Positions 61,127 through 64,000 of a DNA stretch of 64,000 bases are shown piece after piece. A program made the position numbers and the translations under genes. The number at the start of each line of letters is the position of its first letter. Position 1 is the first letter of the stretch. The notes under the pieces were generated by a model. The model ran no database searches. It was not told where the DNA came from and saw nothing but the letters and a program-made list of their open reading frames with translations. Origin of the DNA: Leptospiraceae bacterium (GTDB lineage: Bacteria > Spirochaetota > Leptospiria > Leptospirales > Leptonemataceae); contig JAVJNR010000007.1 in the NCBI GenBank assembly GCA_040217195.1, positions 1 through 64,000 of the forward strand, written 5' to 3'.

Positions 61127-61453
61127 TCAATGACGCATGCGGCCAGTCAGGTTGGCCGTAGGCTCTAGCTTGATGTAAGGCGCTTCGATGTCTCCATCAA
61201 TTGTGCCTTTTTCGCCGATGTAGATTTCTTTGCTGGCTTTGACATTGCCTTTGAGCTGACCCAAAACGATTGCGGTTTCGCAAGTAACATCGCCCTCTAC
61301 TACAGCATCGAGTCCTACTGTGAAGGAATGTCCGGGCAGGTTAATACCCTTGGTGGTTACTTTCCCTTCGATGATCAGTTTCTCATCTGCGTTAATTTCT
61401 CCGACGATATTCAGTGTCGGTCCTATTACAGTCATTTGCATGTTTACGGGCAT
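61127..61453 (-). CDS. Bactofilin (polymer-forming cytoskeletal protein)
   Basis: TVIGPTLNIVGEI...LIIEGKV...GDIEA beta-helix repeats. Confidence 0.9.
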   Translation of the reverse strand: MPVNMQMTVIGPTLNIVGEINADEKLIIEGKVTTKGINLPGHSFTVGLDAVVEGDVTCETAIVLGQLKGNVKASKEIYIGEKGTIDGDIEAPYIKLEPTANLTGRMRH

Positions 61454-61677
61454 TGTTTAAGGCCTCCGAAGATATTTGTACTAAACCCTTACAGTTATGC
61501 TGGCAATCAAAATTTTGCATGCACCGAAAACCAGGCTGTTTTTGTACCTCTTTCCATCAGTTATTCGGAACCGGGGCACAATCAGCACTGCTCTTCAGTA
61601 TTCTGGCAATTCACTGAGCCATTTCATCCAGGTTATGATTCACCCGGAACGAAAGAAAGCACTTCGTTTTATTATCG

Positions 61678-62457
61678 TTACCTGGAACCAAAACGGTAAG
61701 TGACTCGGAAATGAATTTGAAAATCTTCTTCCCTTTCCTGCCGGATGGCATAGGGTGCGGCAAGCGACATAGAAAAGCGTTCTGTCACATTCCAGCGCAC
61801 TGAAGGGCCCAGAAGCCAGTGAACTCTCTTCCTTTCTTCGGGATCATACCGGTGGTCATATCTGTTTTCCAGAGCAAGATCCAGAGATCCGATGCGAAAT
61901 CCCATGGCAAGATCATAGATTACTGAACGGTCGAACTGCTGATCCACATCTTCAATAAATCTGGGATTGGTCTGGGTGGACCACATGATGGAGCCTTGCA
62001 GATAAAACCAATCTAGATTCAGAAGCAGTCCTGCATAGGGCTGAAGATAACCCACATCCTTTTTTACATCCCCCTGGCTTGTGCCCCTGGAAAAGCGAAT
62101 TGTGGTCCCGAATGTAGTGGTCAACGGTCCAAATTCTGGAGCAAGTCGAAAACCTGCTTCCATATGATTCAGATACCGGCGCCTGTCCGCATCCGTCACC
62201 GTCCGCTCCACGTAGGGCACCTTTCCATAGATCGAAAAATACGATGTGGCGGCCCATTCGCCGGAAAGATAAATGGATCTTTCCCTTTCATAGTACTTAT
62301 GACGGTCCAGTTCGCTAAAATGGAACCCCAGGTGGACCCGGCTGGCAACATCCAGCCCCTGAGTCGTCATGGGCTCCACCGTTCCTGGAGATCGGGCAGG
62401 AAGAACCACCGGACAAAGAAATAGCATTAGGACTATGCCCCGAAGCCCATTACTCAC
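61678..62457 (-). CDS. Putative outer-membrane beta-barrel/transporter
   Basis: Signal peptide, alternating strands and C-terminal VTYRF. Confidence 0.6.
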   Translation of the reverse strand: MSNGLRGIVLMLFLCPVVLPARSPGTVEPMTTQGLDVASRVHLGFHFSELDRHKYYERERSIYLSGEWAATSYFSIYGKVPYVERTVTDADRRRYLNHMEAGFRLAPEFGPLTTTFGTTIRFSRGTSQGDVKKDVGYLQPYAGLLLNLDWFYLQGSIMWSTQTNPRFIEDVDQQFDRSVIYDLAMGFRIGSLDLALENRYDHRYDPEERKRVHWLLGPSVRWNVTERFSMSLAAPYAIRQEREEDFQIHFRVTYRFGSR

Positions 62458-63301
62458 GAAGGCCTCCTGTGTATTGGTCCACGGTCAGTGCGAATCGATT
62501 GGTTACAAACTGAAAGCCTATGTCATTCGGATGAATACAATCAAACATATAATCCGAACGAGAAACCGGAGGACCACCCAGGGTAGCTCTGAGATCTATG
62601 TAATGCAACTCTACTATCTCCGAATCCATCCGGGCCAGAAATGCATTGTGCCGATTGGTAATGTTTCGAATTAGATCCTGGGCTTCTGATTCAGTTGCTC
62701 CTTCCGTGAGAGCGTCCAGTACACATGCAGAGTTCAAGTTTGGGTTAGGATAATCATAGCCATGTATAAAAAAGGTCAGAGGAGCTCCACCGTACTTCTG
62801 CTGTTTGTAGAAGTTAGCCTCCTGCACCAGCCGTTTCAAGCGGATCTCCATGGATGCCTGCCGTGCCAGTAACACATTCTCAAAGCCATTGGCTTCGTAT
62901 TCGCCTATGGATCCAAGCATGTCGTTACCACCCAGGCTAACGAACATATACTTGATTTCCGGACCGGCATTATCGATTACCTGGATGAATCCTCGCTTGC
63001 TTTCCACTTCTTGACGCAATGTATGTCCTGCAACCACCGATGCGGTGATTCGAAATCCATCCAGGCGCAACCAGTCCAGCATATCTCTTTGCAGCTCCAG
63101 GCCGAAAGCGAAATCTGTCCAGCTATCGCCTATCATGCCAAATCGGGACGGCGATGGGCAGGTAGTAATAATTTCGCATTGCAGGTTGGCCAGTACTTCA
63201 TCGGACGGATCCGAAGATCGATCACAGCCAACAAATGGAAAAAGCAAAGATAGAGTGACAAGCCAGTGCAACAGCCTGGTCCTGGAAGAATTTGAATTCA
63301 T
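62450..63301 (-). CDS. SGNH/GDSL hydrolase lipoprotein
   Basis: IGDSW, SLGGND and DCIHP; lipobox FVGC. Confidence 0.88.
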   Translation of the reverse strand: MNSNSSRTRLLHWLVTLSLLFPFVGCDRSSDPSDEVLANLQCEIITTCPSPSRFGMIGDSWTDFAFGLELQRDMLDWLRLDGFRITASVVAGHTLRQEVESKRGFIQVIDNAGPEIKYMFVSLGGNDMLGSIGEYEANGFENVLLARQASMEIRLKRLVQEANFYKQQKYGGAPLTFFIHGYDYPNPNLNSACVLDALTEGATESEAQDLIRNITNRHNAFLARMDSEIVELHYIDLRATLGGPPVSRSDYMFDCIHPNDIGFQFVTNRFALTVDQYTGGLRE

Positions 63302-63388
63302 GTCAATGTCCTGATTAATTCGCAACATCTGAAAGATAAGGTAAGGCGGGCAAACAGGAAACCCTTATCTACATATCTTTTCCATGAT

Positions 63389-64000
63389 TTACCAGCTTCC
63401 TGAGGCGCCGCCGCCGCCGAAGCTGCCGCCCCCACCGCTGAAACCGCCGCTAAAGCCACCGCCTCCGGAGGAAAATCCGCCACCCGAAGAGGCGAATCCA
63501 CCACTACCAACACCACCGCCCCGTCCAAAGGCACCAATGAATGCAGCAAAGAGAGCTGAAAAGATCATAGTGACTGAAAAGCCAATGAGCAACCAGCCCA
63601 GAAGGATTCCCACCGGAGCCATGATACTCACAGCCAAAAAACCGTTATATATAACACGAAGAATTAAAGCTCCAACCAGAACTGCGATAAAGAAGAACTG
63701 ACCGAATCCACTGGTATCAAAGGATTCGATCCCCTCTCCCTCCTGATTCTGTAACGGAACATCTTCCAGAGATGGAAGTTCTTCGCCATCGATCAATGCG
63801 ATGATCGCATCTGTGGCCTTATCCAGACCTTCATAGTAATTTCCTGCTCTAAAATTTGGCGTCATTATCTGGTCTATGATTCGATTGGCCTTCGCATCCG
63901 GGATAACACCCTCCAGACCATAGCCCACTTCGATTCGCATTTTTCTTTCATTCTGGGCAACAAGAATCAGAACACCATCATCTACCCCTTCTCTGCCCAG
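63389..64000 (-). CDS. TPM-domain (YgcG-like) protein, 5' part outside the window
   Basis: LGREGVDDGVLILVA...RIEVGYGLEG and a Gly-rich tail ending GGGGASGSW. Confidence 0.92.
   Translation of the reverse strand: MGREGVDDGVLILVAQNERKMRIEVGYGLEGVIPDAKANRIIDQIMTPNFRAGNYYEGLDKATDAIIALIDGEELPSLEDVPLQNQEGEGIESFDTSGFGQFFFIAVLVGALILRVIYNGFLAVSIMAPVGILLGWLLIGFSVTMIFSALFAAFIGAFGRGGGVGSGGFASSGGGFSSGGGGFSGGFSGGGGSFGGGGASGSW

Noticed and set aside
63384..63701. Pro-rich ORF on the + strand
   Set aside because: Antisense shadow of the Gly-rich tail of the TPM-domain gene.

Overview
A 64-kb chromosomal window from a Leptospiraceae-like spirochaete, judged from a LipL21 homolog, LruC-domain lipoproteins and a Leptospira-type GyrA N-terminus. 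Most of it is housekeeping or signalling genes: murA, thiD, gyrA, truA, lon, htrA, a carboxyltransferase, an RsbU/W/V module, a PAS kinase, a GGDEF-EAL protein and many lipoproteins. The stand-out region is the first 1.8 kb. Five copies of a ~150-nt branched hairpin element are stacked against the 3' end of a tRNA(CAT) gene, and a self-promoted vapBC pair sits between two of them. The copies keep their terminal boxes and loop motifs while their stems diverge with compensatory changes. Their geometry resembles integron attC sites but with an ATC/GAT core instead of AAC/GTT, and no integrase is present in the window. Other notable items are an MpaB/Lcp oxygenase-PilZ fusion, a C-terminal anchor motif shared by three adjacent proteins, a conserved leader on two LruC paralogs, a TetR operator pair, an active/dead C39 peptidase pair, an Asp-type MurA and a histone-like GyrA extension. 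All calls were made by eye; no database searches were run.
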